A stretch of 64,000 bases of DNA, taken from the NCBI GenBank assembly GCA_963717435.1, contig OY970332.1, forward strand, positions 896,001-960,000. The letters run 5' to 3'. The translations under genes and the position numbers were made by a program. The notes under the pieces are model-generated. The model had not been told where the DNA came from. It saw only the letters and a list, made by a program, of their open reading frames with translations, and did no database searches. Each line of letters begins with the position of its first letter. Within the stretch, counting starts at the first letter, position 1. Below, one piece after another: positions 1-12,565 of this stretch. Source of the DNA: an uncultured bacterium (lineage in GTDB: Bacteria; Babelota; Babeliae; Babelales; Babelaceae).

Positions 1-629
1 GAGTTTTCATTTTCTAATTTTGTTATAATTAATCTGATATTTTTATTAATAGTTTGCTTTTTTAATGAATCCAATAAATCACTTATATTTACTTCGTTAA
101 CAAGAACTCCACGCAGGATATTCTTAGAGTCTGTTACTGGTGTTGCAGCAAACATGTTGGGTTCAGATAAGGTAGGGTAATATTCATAAGTTGATATATC
201 AGGAGTTAATATTGTAATAACTCTGTCAAGAACCTGGCCCAGATTTGTTATCTTGTATGGGCCTGTCGAAAAATCCATATTGTTTGGCACGGATTTATTG
301 TTTGATATTAAAGCTTTTCTTGTATTTGAGAAAAAAATATAATTTTCCGGAATTTTAGGAATTTTATCAGTTTTGGTTGCATCTTTTCCTGTTGTGTTAA
401 GATTTTGTTCGGCAATTTTATTTGCTGTCGTTGTTAGCTCATCAAGATGCTTTTGAAAAAATTTGTAGATGATTTCTCTTTTTTGCTCAACAATTTGCTT
501 TAGTGTTATCTCTGTTTCTTGAATGATATTTTTTTTCTTGCTGAAATAATAAGTTATGGTCAATATGTTAATCAGCAATATTATAATCGATAAAGATATT
601 ATCGATCTTTTTTGGTTAACTTTAAGCAT
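1..629 (-). CDS. Membrane-anchored Cache-like sensor domain protein (N-terminal part; runs off window start)
   Basis: Not in ORF track. ATG at 629, 2 nt after the urtA-like stop, open to the window edge: MLKVNQKRSIISLSIIILLINILTITYYF (TM) ... TPDISTYEYYPTLSEPNMFAATPVTDSKNILRGVLVNEV, a dCache-like pattern. Confidence 0.6.
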   Translation of the reverse strand, partial: MLKVNQKRSIISLSIIILLINILTITYYFSKKKNIIQETEITLKQIVEQKREIIYKFFQKHLDELTTTANKIAEQNLNTTGKDATKTDKIPKIPENYIFFSNTRKALISNNKSVPNNMDFSTGPYKITNLGQVLDRVITILTPDISTYEYYPTLSEPNMFAATPVTDSKNILRGVLVNEVNISDLLDSLKKQTINKNIRLIITKLENEN

Positions 630-631
630 TG

Positions 632-1903
632 CTATTTTCTCCCACTTTCCCATTTATTATTCCAATTTTTGTAAAGTTTTTCTGTAAACTCTTGCCATTC
701 TTTTTGGCTACGTGTCCTTGGAAATGGTTCAGGTCTTACAGGTTTTCTTGATTGCCAAACAATATCAAATTTACCTGCTTTATTTATTTTCCCGATTCTG
801 GAAATTTTCCAAGCGTGTTGATTTTCGGGATCGATAAATACAGCACCTTCAGGCGCATAAATTCCCTCGTTTTTAATTGCCTGAATAACTAAGCTCGGTT
901 TAATGTCTTGGCAGCTATTAACAGCTTTTGCCCATAAATAGACATTAAAATAAGCCGTTTCTATTGGATCGTTAATAACTCTTGATGACCCGAATCTGGC
1001 TTTAAATTTGGCAACAAAATCTTTGTTAACTTTTGTTGCTATAGATTCAAAATAGTTGGTACATGCATAATGCCCCACCATATCATTAAGATTTAATGTG
1101 CTAATAAGATCAGCTTCATTAATAGAATAAGACATAACCGGTATATCTTTAGATTTTATTCCTGCGTTATTTAGTGTGCTAAAAAAAGCACTGTTACTTT
1201 GTCCGCTTATAGTGTTAATTATGAAATCAGGTTTTGTTTTTTTGATATTTTCTACTATGTCCTTAAAATTGGAGCTGTCCAAAACTTGATAAGATTCGCC
1301 CACAACTTCCCCGCCAACCATTTTTAGATAATCTTTTGCTGTCTCGTTGGCGCTTCTTGGGTATATGAAATCTGAGCCCACTAAGTAACATTTTTTTCCT
1401 AAATGTCTTAAGCACCAGGTTATGCTTGGTATGATTTGTTGGTTGGGAGCCGCCCCTGAATATATTATATTTGGAGAGTTTTCAAGTCCCTCATACTGAG
1501 CAGGGTACATTAGTAAATTATTATATTTTTCCACAACTTCTTTGACAGCTTTTCTGCTTGATGATGTCCAGCATCCAAATATTACAGAAACTTTATGCTT
1601 GTTAATAAGCTGCTCGGCAGCTTTGGCAAAAACTTTTTCATCAGATTTTCCATCAACAATTGTTGGTTCAAGTAATTTTCCAAGAAGCCCGCCAGATTCA
1701 TTAATTTCTTGAATCGCAAGTAAAATGCCGTTAACTATCGGCGACTCTGAGATAGCCATATTACCAGTTTGTGAGTGCAATATCCCAATATGTATCACTT
1801 CTTTGTTTACTTCTTTTTTTCTAACAATAAATAAAGTTGCGATAACAATTAAAACTAAACAACTTAAGGCTATAAAAATTTTAGTATTTATTTTTTTTTT
1901 CAT
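632..1903 (-). CDS. urtA: Urea/short-chain amide ABC-type substrate-binding protein (UrtA/FmdD/AmiC family)
   Basis: IGILHSQTGNMAISE, FGCWTSSSRKAV, YPAQYEGLE, GAAPNQQIIP, LVGSDFIYPR motifs; N-terminal TM anchor. Confidence 0.85.
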   Translation of the reverse strand: MKKKINTKIFIALSCLVLIVIATLFIVRKKEVNKEVIHIGILHSQTGNMAISESPIVNGILLAIQEINESGGLLGKLLEPTIVDGKSDEKVFAKAAEQLINKHKVSVIFGCWTSSSRKAVKEVVEKYNNLLMYPAQYEGLENSPNIIYSGAAPNQQIIPSITWCLRHLGKKCYLVGSDFIYPRSANETAKDYLKMVGGEVVGESYQVLDSSNFKDIVENIKKTKPDFIINTISGQSNSAFFSTLNNAGIKSKDIPVMSYSINEADLISTLNLNDMVGHYACTNYFESIATKVNKDFVAKFKARFGSSRVINDPIETAYFNVYLWAKAVNSCQDIKPSLVIQAIKNEGIYAPEGAVFIDPENQHAWKISRIGKINKAGKFDIVWQSRKPVRPEPFPRTRSQKEWQEFTEKLYKNWNNKWESGRK

Positions 1904-2062
1904 AGGGGCACCGCTTTTTGTAAAATCTAGATATAAAAAATTATATTAAGATATATTTAGATTACTGGGTGACTCCTGGTCAATAATTTTGGAAATTAAT
2001 TTTTTCTAGTCTCTGTTGAGTTTTTAAATTTTAACAAATTTCATAAGCAAAATAGTTTTATA

Positions 2063-2138
2063 CCCCGCTCGTCCCGAGTGTTTTTTCGCAGAAAAAATGT
2101 ATCGAGGGATGGTTTCGGTGATCACTCGGGACGAGCGG
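2063..2138. repeat. REP-like palindromic element, locus 1
   Basis: CCGCTCGTCCCGAGTG-ttttttcgcagaaaaaa-TGTATCGAGGGA, followed by a perfect 16-bp inverted copy CACTCGGGACGAGCGG (2123-2138). Confidence 0.9.
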
Positions 2139-2156
2139 CTTTGCTTACCTAAGAAC

Positions 2157-3170
2157 CTAAATTTGATCAAGTTTTTCAAGTTTTGTGCAATCTGCGCATG
2201 AGATAAAAATATCACCCGAGCGGGCCGGTAAGAAATCAACAGTTTGAGAATATTCAGGGAACTGTTTTTTTAGATTTTCAAAAAGATTCAAGATGGTTAC
2301 ACTTTTGCCGCTGGCGACATTAAAAACTTCGCCCGATATTGAGTGGGCCCTAATGGCAGCTTTAAGATTGTATTCGACAATTTTACTAACTGGAACAAAG
2401 TCTCGTTGTTGTAGTCCGGTTCCAAATATAGTTATTTTTTGATTGTTTTTTAAGGCATTTTGGAATTTAACATAAACTGCGGCGTATGGGCCATCAACAA
2501 CTTGTCTTTCACCATACACATTAAAATATCTCAAGCAAACAGTATTAATCCCAAAACTCTTTTGGTATTGATCGCAATATAATTCACCTATCAGTTTGGT
2601 TACGCCATATATAGAAGTGGGCTCACATTTTAGGTCTTCGGTACAAACACCATCTTGATTTCCATATACGGCAGAAGAAGAAGAGAAGACAAAATTTTTA
2701 ACTTTATTAATTCTTGCCGCTTCTAAAATATTTACTGTCCCCTGAATATTTATATTGTAGCAGTTTAATGGTTCTGCTTGGGATCCTGGCACAGATGTGT
2801 ATGCTGCCAGATGAAAAATCGTATCGATATTTTCTGTTACTTTTTTGCAGGTATCAAAATCTGTTATAGTTTTATTTATAAACTCTATTTTGTTAATTAC
2901 TTGCTTTAAATTTTCTAATTTTCCAGTAGACAAATTATCTATTACTCTGACTTTTGCCCCAAGTTCCACCAATTTTTCAACTATATGTGAGCCGATAAAA
3001 CCTGCACCACCGGTTACCAAAACTTGTTTATTTTTATAAAAATTTTGCATTACTAGCTCGCTATTTTTTGTTTCTTTTATTTCATGTGTTTGGTTAATTG
3101 CAGATAAATTTACAATAAAACAGATTAAAAACGAAAATATATTTTTAAATAAAATAAAATTTTTTTTCAT
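2157..3170 (-). CDS. NAD-dependent nucleotide-sugar epimerase/dehydratase (GalE/WbpP-like SDR)
   Basis: VTGGAGFIGSH, SSSAVYG, YGVTK (YxxxK), LRYFNVYG. Confidence 0.9.
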   Translation of the reverse strand: MKKNFILFKNIFSFLICFIVNLSAINQTHEIKETKNSELVMQNFYKNKQVLVTGGAGFIGSHIVEKLVELGAKVRVIDNLSTGKLENLKQVINKIEFINKTITDFDTCKKVTENIDTIFHLAAYTSVPGSQAEPLNCYNINIQGTVNILEAARINKVKNFVFSSSSAVYGNQDGVCTEDLKCEPTSIYGVTKLIGELYCDQYQKSFGINTVCLRYFNVYGERQVVDGPYAAVYVKFQNALKNNQKITIFGTGLQQRDFVPVSKIVEYNLKAAIRAHSISGEVFNVASGKSVTILNLFENLKKQFPEYSQTVDFLPARSGDIFISCADCTKLEKLDQI

Positions 3171-3204
3171 AAAAATCCCAACTATTTAGTAAATTTAGAA
3201 AATT

Positions 3205-4575
3205 TTATTGTGCGGTTTCGATCTGTCTTTTAGGTATATATATTTTTTCAAGTGCCATAATCTCGTCAGTTTTATTTTCATGTAAAACTAAGCTATCAAC
3301 AACATTTTTGCCATCAAGAATAGCCTCTTGCATGCTAGAATATTTCCAGGCACCGTATCTGCCAACTGAATATATATTATTCTCTTCTAGCCGCTTAAAT
3401 ATATTATTTAAATTATTATCTCGCCAGTGGTTATAAATAACATAAGCATTTTTAATATAAATAACTTTTTCTGTTGCAATTTCATCAGGGGAAATTTTAA
3501 ATAATTTTAGTGCTTCTTGTCTTGTGTGCTCAAGCATCTGGGAAACTACTTTTTTTGATTTATTTAAATGTGAAAATTCGCCATATAATGAGCTGTGCCC
3601 AGCAGGGGCCATGTTATTAGAAAAATTGTGCCAGAAGCCGATTCTATAAAACGGATATTTTGTTTCTGGGTAATATATCCAGTGCTTATCTGAAAGATTT
3701 TCTCTTTTTATGCCCAAGTTAAAATTAACAACAGAATTACAAAGTAATTTGCTTTTAATAGTTTTTAAGCTCATGTCACTGGGTTCTATAGAATTTTCGA
3801 TAAAACTATCTAATGGCATAGTGGTTATTAATTGGTCATATTTTTCATGATGCCCGTTTGAGAATATAACAATTTTTTCTTTAATATTTATAGATTTAAC
3901 TTCATAGCCACTATATACGGGGTTAATTAATTGCTCGTAGATTTTGTTGACCCAAAAATTAATCCCCCCAGATTTTGGGTAATAAAATTGTGAGTTATAG
4001 CCAATTTGATCTTCAGAATCTCTTATTGCGCCGCTTATTAAATCTTTTAGCGAAGTATTTGGAACAAATCTGCCGGTCCAACTTGCGCTTAGCTTTTTTG
4101 TGTTATAAGAAAATATTTTTTCTTGATATGGGAAAAAGAAATGTTCCCCAAAGCCCTGGCCAAAACTTTGTAGCACCCAGTCGTGAAAATTTTTCGGAGA
4201 AGTTTTTTTTACTTTTCTAGTTACATATTTTTCAATGCAATCTGCTATCACTTCTGGCGATTGGCCGTACAAATTAACTTGAAATGGATACTTGGTATAA
4301 ATATCTTTGTAATAAATATAAGATCTTCTGTGGATATTATTTAGATTTTCAAGCCCGACTGTATTTTCGATTATAGACTTAAAATAGTTATCGTTAACGT
4401 GCAATAAATGCCCGGTAAAATCGAACGTAAACCCATCTTGAATTACCGACCTACATAATCCCCCAGTAGTTTCTTCTTTTTCAAATATTTTGTAGTTAAA
4501 AAAACCCCTTTTTTCTAGGTGATACGCTGCTGAGAGTCCTGTTGGTCCTGCACCTATGATAACTATTTTTGCCAT
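3205..4575 (-). CDS. FAD-dependent oxidoreductase (UDP-galactopyranose mutase/protoporphyrinogen oxidase-like)
   Basis: IIGAGPTGLSAA, GGLCRS...GFTFDFTGH, GRYGAWKY; co-oriented with the epimerase. Confidence 0.8.
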   Translation of the reverse strand: MAKIVIIGAGPTGLSAAYHLEKRGFFNYKIFEKEETTGGLCRSVIQDGFTFDFTGHLLHVNDNYFKSIIENTVGLENLNNIHRRSYIYYKDIYTKYPFQVNLYGQSPEVIADCIEKYVTRKVKKTSPKNFHDWVLQSFGQGFGEHFFFPYQEKIFSYNTKKLSASWTGRFVPNTSLKDLISGAIRDSEDQIGYNSQFYYPKSGGINFWVNKIYEQLINPVYSGYEVKSINIKEKIVIFSNGHHEKYDQLITTMPLDSFIENSIEPSDMSLKTIKSKLLCNSVVNFNLGIKRENLSDKHWIYYPETKYPFYRIGFWHNFSNNMAPAGHSSLYGEFSHLNKSKKVVSQMLEHTRQEALKLFKISPDEIATEKVIYIKNAYVIYNHWRDNNLNNIFKRLEENNIYSVGRYGAWKYSSMQEAILDGKNVVDSLVLHENKTDEIMALEKIYIPKRQIETAQ

Positions 4576-4655
4576 AACTACTTCTTGTTTTATTTTTATC
4601 GAGCAAATTTATAATATTTTCTGCTGATATTTATAAATCGAAACGGTTCAAAAGT

Positions 4656-6041
4656 CTAGTTTCCGCCATAAGTAACTAGTAGTCTATTGGCTCCAGCAGG
4701 GACGATAAATCTAATAGATAGGGTAATCTTGAACGGGGTGCCCTTGTAGTGTCTCGCGTAATGGTTTATCGGGCTTGAGTTATAAACAAGTTTTACAAAA
4801 TGTTTGTCGACAGATGGGGCGCCGCAGCTTTCTTTTAGTTCAACGTTCAGAACTTTTCCATGTTCGCCAATTGTTAGTTCAAATGGGATAATTTTGTCGA
4901 TATATTTTTCTGATTGAACCATAGATTCATCAAGTCGTGATGCTAGTGCCAGCTCTTTGATTAACATCATACCGTTAACCTCGCCCCGCAATTGGCTCGA
5001 CATGGCGCGGCCAAGTTCGCCTCCAGACTGGCCATTATAATTTCCGGAATTTATGTTGTTAGAGCTATCAGTGCCGATTGAAATTGATCTGTCTTGATAA
5101 TCTTGTGAATATTTTTGTTCTTGCATATAGTTTTTGAACCCCTCAAGAAGCTCTTTGCCAAATATGCTACCAGATTTTTTTGGTAGCACACGTTTTTTGC
5201 CCAATACTTTTGGCTTTTTGGGTTGGTAATTCCCAGAATTTTCAGAACTAGTTTTTTGAGAATTAGTTTCTTGAGTTTTGGTATCTTTTTTAGGAGCAAC
5301 TTGTGATTTAGTTTTTTCTGATTTTATTTTTTGTTCTTGCAGTTTTTTCCACAAACTTATATCTACTTTATCTTGAATATTTGCACGTGCTTGCTCAAGT
5401 TCTTGTTTTTCTGCTTCTAATAAATCGCGAGTGCTTTCTGGGCCAACTTCAGTAACTTGTTCTATTACAGCATCTGCTTTGTCCTGAACTATAGTGGAAA
5501 GATTTTTTTCTTGTTCGATATTTTCTGCTGTATCTTCTTGATCAAGATATTCTTTGAGCATAGCTTTTTCTTTATCAAAATCTTTAATATCAGATTTTTC
5601 AGCTTCTATGTCATCAAAGCCAAATACTGGTTCACTGGGTTTTGCTGCCCCAGATTTATAACTCTGGGCTTGCGCGTTAGCTGTATTGCTCTGTGAATCT
5701 TGGTCCGAAAAACCAACAGATAAGTTTTGAGGGGAAGTTGTAGTTTGCCCCACTGACAGATTTTGAGGTTGTTGCACCTGCTGCGCCGTACCAGAAGGCG
5801 AACCTTGGGGGCTGCCCGGCATGTCAAAATAAACGGGTAGTGAACCTGAACCCCTGTCTTGTTGCGGCGTCGAAAAGAAATTTATTGTGTGATTGCTATC
5901 AAGAGAATAGAAAATTAATAAAAGCAAAATTATAAAATTTAATAATAGGGCAAGTAATAGCGCAAGCTTAAAATAGTTTTTGCTGCTACGATTATTATTA
6001 ATGCTAACTTGTAAACCCAGATCGGCTTCCATTACACTCAC
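4656..6041 (-). CDS. Membrane-anchored TonB/TolA-like protein
   Basis: One N-terminal TM, long S/Q/K-rich linker, C-terminal IGEHGKVLNVELKESCGAPSVD resembling a TonB C-terminal domain. Confidence 0.55.
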   Translation of the reverse strand: MSVMEADLGLQVSINNNRSSKNYFKLALLLALLLNFIILLLLIFYSLDSNHTINFFSTPQQDRGSGSLPVYFDMPGSPQGSPSGTAQQVQQPQNLSVGQTTTSPQNLSVGFSDQDSQSNTANAQAQSYKSGAAKPSEPVFGFDDIEAEKSDIKDFDKEKAMLKEYLDQEDTAENIEQEKNLSTIVQDKADAVIEQVTEVGPESTRDLLEAEKQELEQARANIQDKVDISLWKKLQEQKIKSEKTKSQVAPKKDTKTQETNSQKTSSENSGNYQPKKPKVLGKKRVLPKKSGSIFGKELLEGFKNYMQEQKYSQDYQDRSISIGTDSSNNINSGNYNGQSGGELGRAMSSQLRGEVNGMMLIKELALASRLDESMVQSEKYIDKIIPFELTIGEHGKVLNVELKESCGAPSVDKHFVKLVYNSSPINHYARHYKGTPFKITLSIRFIVPAGANRLLVTYGGN

Positions 6042-6075
6042 TTTCTTTCAAGCTAAGCTCAGTATTTTTCTGGTG

Positions 6076-9467
<3,392 letters not shown>

Positions 9468-9603
9468 ATTGTTCTCCCGGAACATCATATGGAATGATGG
9501 AAATAAAGAAATTATAATTACTTACAAGTATGACGTATTTGAAAATTTTTTCAATTTACAGTATTTTAAATCAAATTACTTTTTCAATTCAACTTTCTTA
9601 ACA

Positions 9604-9654
9604 ATTTTTTAATATTTTTTAATATTTTTTAATATTTTTTAATATTTTTTTAAT
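9604..9654. repeat. AT-only 10-bp tandem repeat (AATATTTTTT)x4 plus partial copies
   Basis: Directly visible at 9611-9650, between divergent gyrB and tadA. Confidence 0.9.
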
Positions 9655-9656
9655 AA

Positions 9657-10139
9657 ATGACAAAATTCTTCGACGCCGACAAACAGATTTTTTACATGAA
9701 TATGGCACTGAAGCAGGCCAAAAAAGCTTTGGCCAAAGATGAGGTACCGATAGGGGCCGTAATAGTTTCACCCGAAGGGGAAATTTTGGCTTCAGCTTAT
9801 AATCGGGTCGAAACCAAAAAGAGTCAAATTGCCCATGCCGAAATTTTGGCAATAACTAAGGCAACTAAAAAAATAGGGGATTGGCGTTTGGATGGCTGCT
9901 CAATTTATGTTACCCTAGAACCCTGCATGATGTGTCTGGGGTCTATAGCCCTGAGCAGAATCGAGAATATATATTATGGGGCCAAGTCACTTCTGTATGG
10001 GTATCATATTGACATTGGGGCTCTGCCCGATTTATATAAAAAGCAGATTAAACTAATTCAGTCAGGTATTTGCCAAGTCGAATCTGCGGAGATTCTGAAG
10101 AGTTTTTTTAATAAAAAAAGGAAAGACAAAATAAAGTAG
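9657..10139 (+). CDS. tadA: tRNA adenosine(34) deaminase
   Basis: EVPIGAVIV, AHAEI, YVTLEPCMMC. Confidence 0.92.
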   Translation: MTKFFDADKQIFYMNMALKQAKKALAKDEVPIGAVIVSPEGEILASAYNRVETKKSQIAHAEILAITKATKKIGDWRLDGCSIYVTLEPCMMCLGSIALSRIENIYYGAKSLLYGYHIDIGALPDLYKKQIKLIQSGICQVESAEILKSFFNKKRKDKIK

Positions 10140-10182
10140 TAAAATTGAAGCCAAAAAAGGGTGAAATAAAAAGGGTGAAATA

Positions 10183-10527
10183 ATGATAGAAAATTTAGAC
10201 AAAATAAAAAAAAGCCTGCTGGAGCGTAAAAAAGAGCTTGAGGTAGAACTTGAGTCTCTATACAAAGAAAAGGTTTCAGATGATCAGGTTCAGGACACAG
10301 GGGATCAGGCCTGGTCCTCTAGCACAGAGGAGCTAAAAATATCTCTGCATAACGCTGAGCTTGAAGAATATAATAGAATCTTGCAGGCTCTTTCTATGAT
10401 AGATAACGGAATGTACGGAAAATGCTCAGAATGCGGGCAAAAAATAGCCGAAAAACGCCTGTTATTATATCCTAATGCAACTAGATGCCTGGTTTGCCAA
10501 GAGGCTTCTGAGCAGGGCAAGTTGTAA
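10183..10527 (+). CDS. dksA: DksA/TraR C4 zinc-finger transcription factor
   Basis: Coiled coil with DTGDQA tip; YGKCSECG...RL...P...CLVCQ. Confidence 0.85.
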   Translation: MIENLDKIKKSLLERKKELEVELESLYKEKVSDDQVQDTGDQAWSSSTEELKISLHNAELEEYNRILQALSMIDNGMYGKCSECGQKIAEKRLLLYPNATRCLVCQEASEQGKL

Positions 10528-10701
10528 TATTCAGGTTCAGGGTATTTCCTAAAGAATTTTTCACAGGTTTAAATACAGGTTTTTTGGCCCGTATTTAAAC
10601 CTTTTTTAATAATATTATTGTGTTTATGGCTTAATTATTGCTATAATTCAAATAGAGTATAATATAAATTTTTTAAAGTTTTAAAAAACAAATGGAGCGT
10701 T

Positions 10702-11604
10702 ATGAAGAACTATTTTTTGTTTGCCATGGGTATAACTATATTTTCGTTTAACTCTACGGCACGGGCATGTGATACATGCAATTCATGTGAGACGCAAGAG
10801 CCAAGCTTTTTTGCAGAATTTTTTAAAAACCCAGTATCGGATGTTGTAAGAGAAGCCACCAGTTCAAATAATCCGTCACTTGTAAAATCTTTTTTTAATA
10901 ATCTAGCGTCTTTAGATCCAAAATTGATTCAAAAATACATAAATAGGCCCGATGCGACTGGTTCAACGCCATTATTGATAGCATTGACCCCTTCAGCCGC
11001 TGAAGTTGATGAAATTTTGGAAATTTTGAAAAATGAAGGTTCATCAAGTAAGAATGCGAAACTTGCAAAAATTGTGGGTAATATTGAGATTATAAAATTC
11101 TTGATAGACAACGGGGCAGATGTGAATCAGGCAAACAATGGCGGTTATACCCCGTTGGAAATGGCTGCTTTGGCGGGAAACCTGGAGGCTGTAAAGCTTT
11201 TAGTGGACAAAGTGTCTGATATAAATCAAGAAGATTTGGTTTTTGGATGGACACCATTGACGGCTGCAATTAATTATGGTCTTAACCTCGAACTGATAAA
11301 ATTATTGATCCAAAAAGGCGCCGACGTTAATTATGCCAATAAAAAGAGTGGAGCAACCCCATTAATTCAAGCAATATTGCAAGCTACATTAAATGGACTG
11401 GAAATAATAAAAGTAGTTCAGCTTTTAATAGAAAATGGTGCAGATCTTAATAAAGCAGATAATGAAGGACACACACCGTTTGCTATCGCCAAACTGGCAG
11501 AAGAAGCTGCTAAAGATAACCCATTTTATAAAAATCATAAGTTTTATACACAAGAAGTGATGGATGTTCTTGAAAAAGCTGCGGCAACAAAAAATAAAAA
11601 ATAA
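10702..11604 (+). CDS. Secreted ankyrin-repeat protein
   Basis: Signal-peptide-like N-terminus; repeated G.TPL..A...G....VKLLI..GADVN units. Confidence 0.9.
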   Translation: MKNYFLFAMGITIFSFNSTARACDTCNSCETQEPSFFAEFFKNPVSDVVREATSSNNPSLVKSFFNNLASLDPKLIQKYINRPDATGSTPLLIALTPSAAEVDEILEILKNEGSSSKNAKLAKIVGNIEIIKFLIDNGADVNQANNGGYTPLEMAALAGNLEAVKLLVDKVSDINQEDLVFGWTPLTAAINYGLNLELIKLLIQKGADVNYANKKSGATPLIQAILQATLNGLEIIKVVQLLIENGADLNKADNEGHTPFAIAKLAEEAAKDNPFYKNHKFYTQEVMDVLEKAAATKNKK

Positions 11605-11668
11605 GATAAGCTCAGATGGGTTTAAATTTGAGATTATCTTAAATATTATTTAATATTATAGAATAAAG

Positions 11669-11696
11669 AGGGCTCATGTTGATATGCGTGAGCCCT
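11669..11696 (+). terminator. Putative terminator hairpin after the ankyrin gene
   Basis: AGGGCTCA...TGAGCCCT inverted repeat. Confidence 0.5.
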
Positions 11697-11741
11697 AATA
11701 ATTTGTGCAATTTGCGTTGTAATGATATAATATTTGCTGGC

Positions 11742-11816
<75 letters not shown>

Positions 11817-11862
11817 GGATAGATTAAAGTATGTATAGTTTTATTTAAAGGTTAAGTTCAGG

Positions 11863-12348
11863 ATGGAAAAAACAAAAACATCTAAAACAGCAACAAAAAA
11901 GGTTGTAGCCACTCCAAAAGCTACAGTATCAAAGGCTCCTAAAGTAGCTAAGGCTGCAAAAGTTGCTCCGGTTCATGGTGTTGGAAGACGTAAGTCTGCA
12001 GTTGCAAGAGTGTGGTTGCGTCCAGGTAAGGGTAAAATTACCGTTAATGGCAAAGTTTACACCGAATATTTTGATACAGAAGTTACACGTAAGTCTGCAG
12101 CATCAGTTCTTGCGGCATGTGCATCAGCTTCAAAATATGATACAGAAGCGACAATCGAAGGTGGCGGATTAGCTGGACAAGCGGACGCACTTAAGCTTGG
12201 TTTTGCACGTGCGTTGGTCTCTATAGATGAATCTTCAAGAGCGGCTTTAAAAGAAGCAGGTCTTTTGACAGTTGATTCAAGACTAAAAGAACGTAAAAAA
12301 TATGGTCGTAAGGCTGCTCGTCGTGGCTTCCAGTTTGTAAAACGTTAA
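11863..12348 (+). CDS. rpsI: 30S ribosomal protein S9 with a Lys/Ala/Thr-rich N-terminal extension
   Basis: GVGRRKSAVARV, GGGLAGQADA, LLTVDSRLKERKKYG...FQFVKR. Confidence 0.97.
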   Translation: MEKTKTSKTATKKVVATPKATVSKAPKVAKAAKVAPVHGVGRRKSAVARVWLRPGKGKITVNGKVYTEYFDTEVTRKSAASVLAACASASKYDTEATIEGGGLAGQADALKLGFARALVSIDESSRAALKEAGLLTVDSRLKERKKYGRKAARRGFQFVKR

Positions 12349-12398
12349 TCTTTAAAAGCACTGCTTTTTTCTGTCTTTTTTCAAACGAGAAAATAATG

Positions 12399-12440
12399 GC
12401 ACTTGCGAAATTATTAATAAACTTCGCAAGTGCTTTTTTT
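12399..12440 (+). terminator. Intrinsic terminator after rpsI
   Basis: GCACTTGCGAA...TTCGCAAGTGC stem followed by T7. Confidence 0.75.
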
Positions 12441-12565
12441 GCGCTATTTTTATCACCGAAATAGCCACTGAAATAACTGCTAAATAATTGATAATATATA
12501 ACTTGCTGTGATATATTATATCTGTCTTAAAGTTCAAAAAGTTCCAGCTTTATGAAAGAAATCTT

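Noticed and set aside
2024-2239. 71-aa ORF and similar short overlapping or antisense ORFs in the track (for example 56326-56556, 63807-63992)
   Set aside because: They overlap repeats or lie antisense to well-supported genes and have no recognisable motifs.
12349-12565. glmS ribozyme upstream of glmS
   Set aside because: The conserved ribozyme core is absent; only the rpsI terminator is visible.
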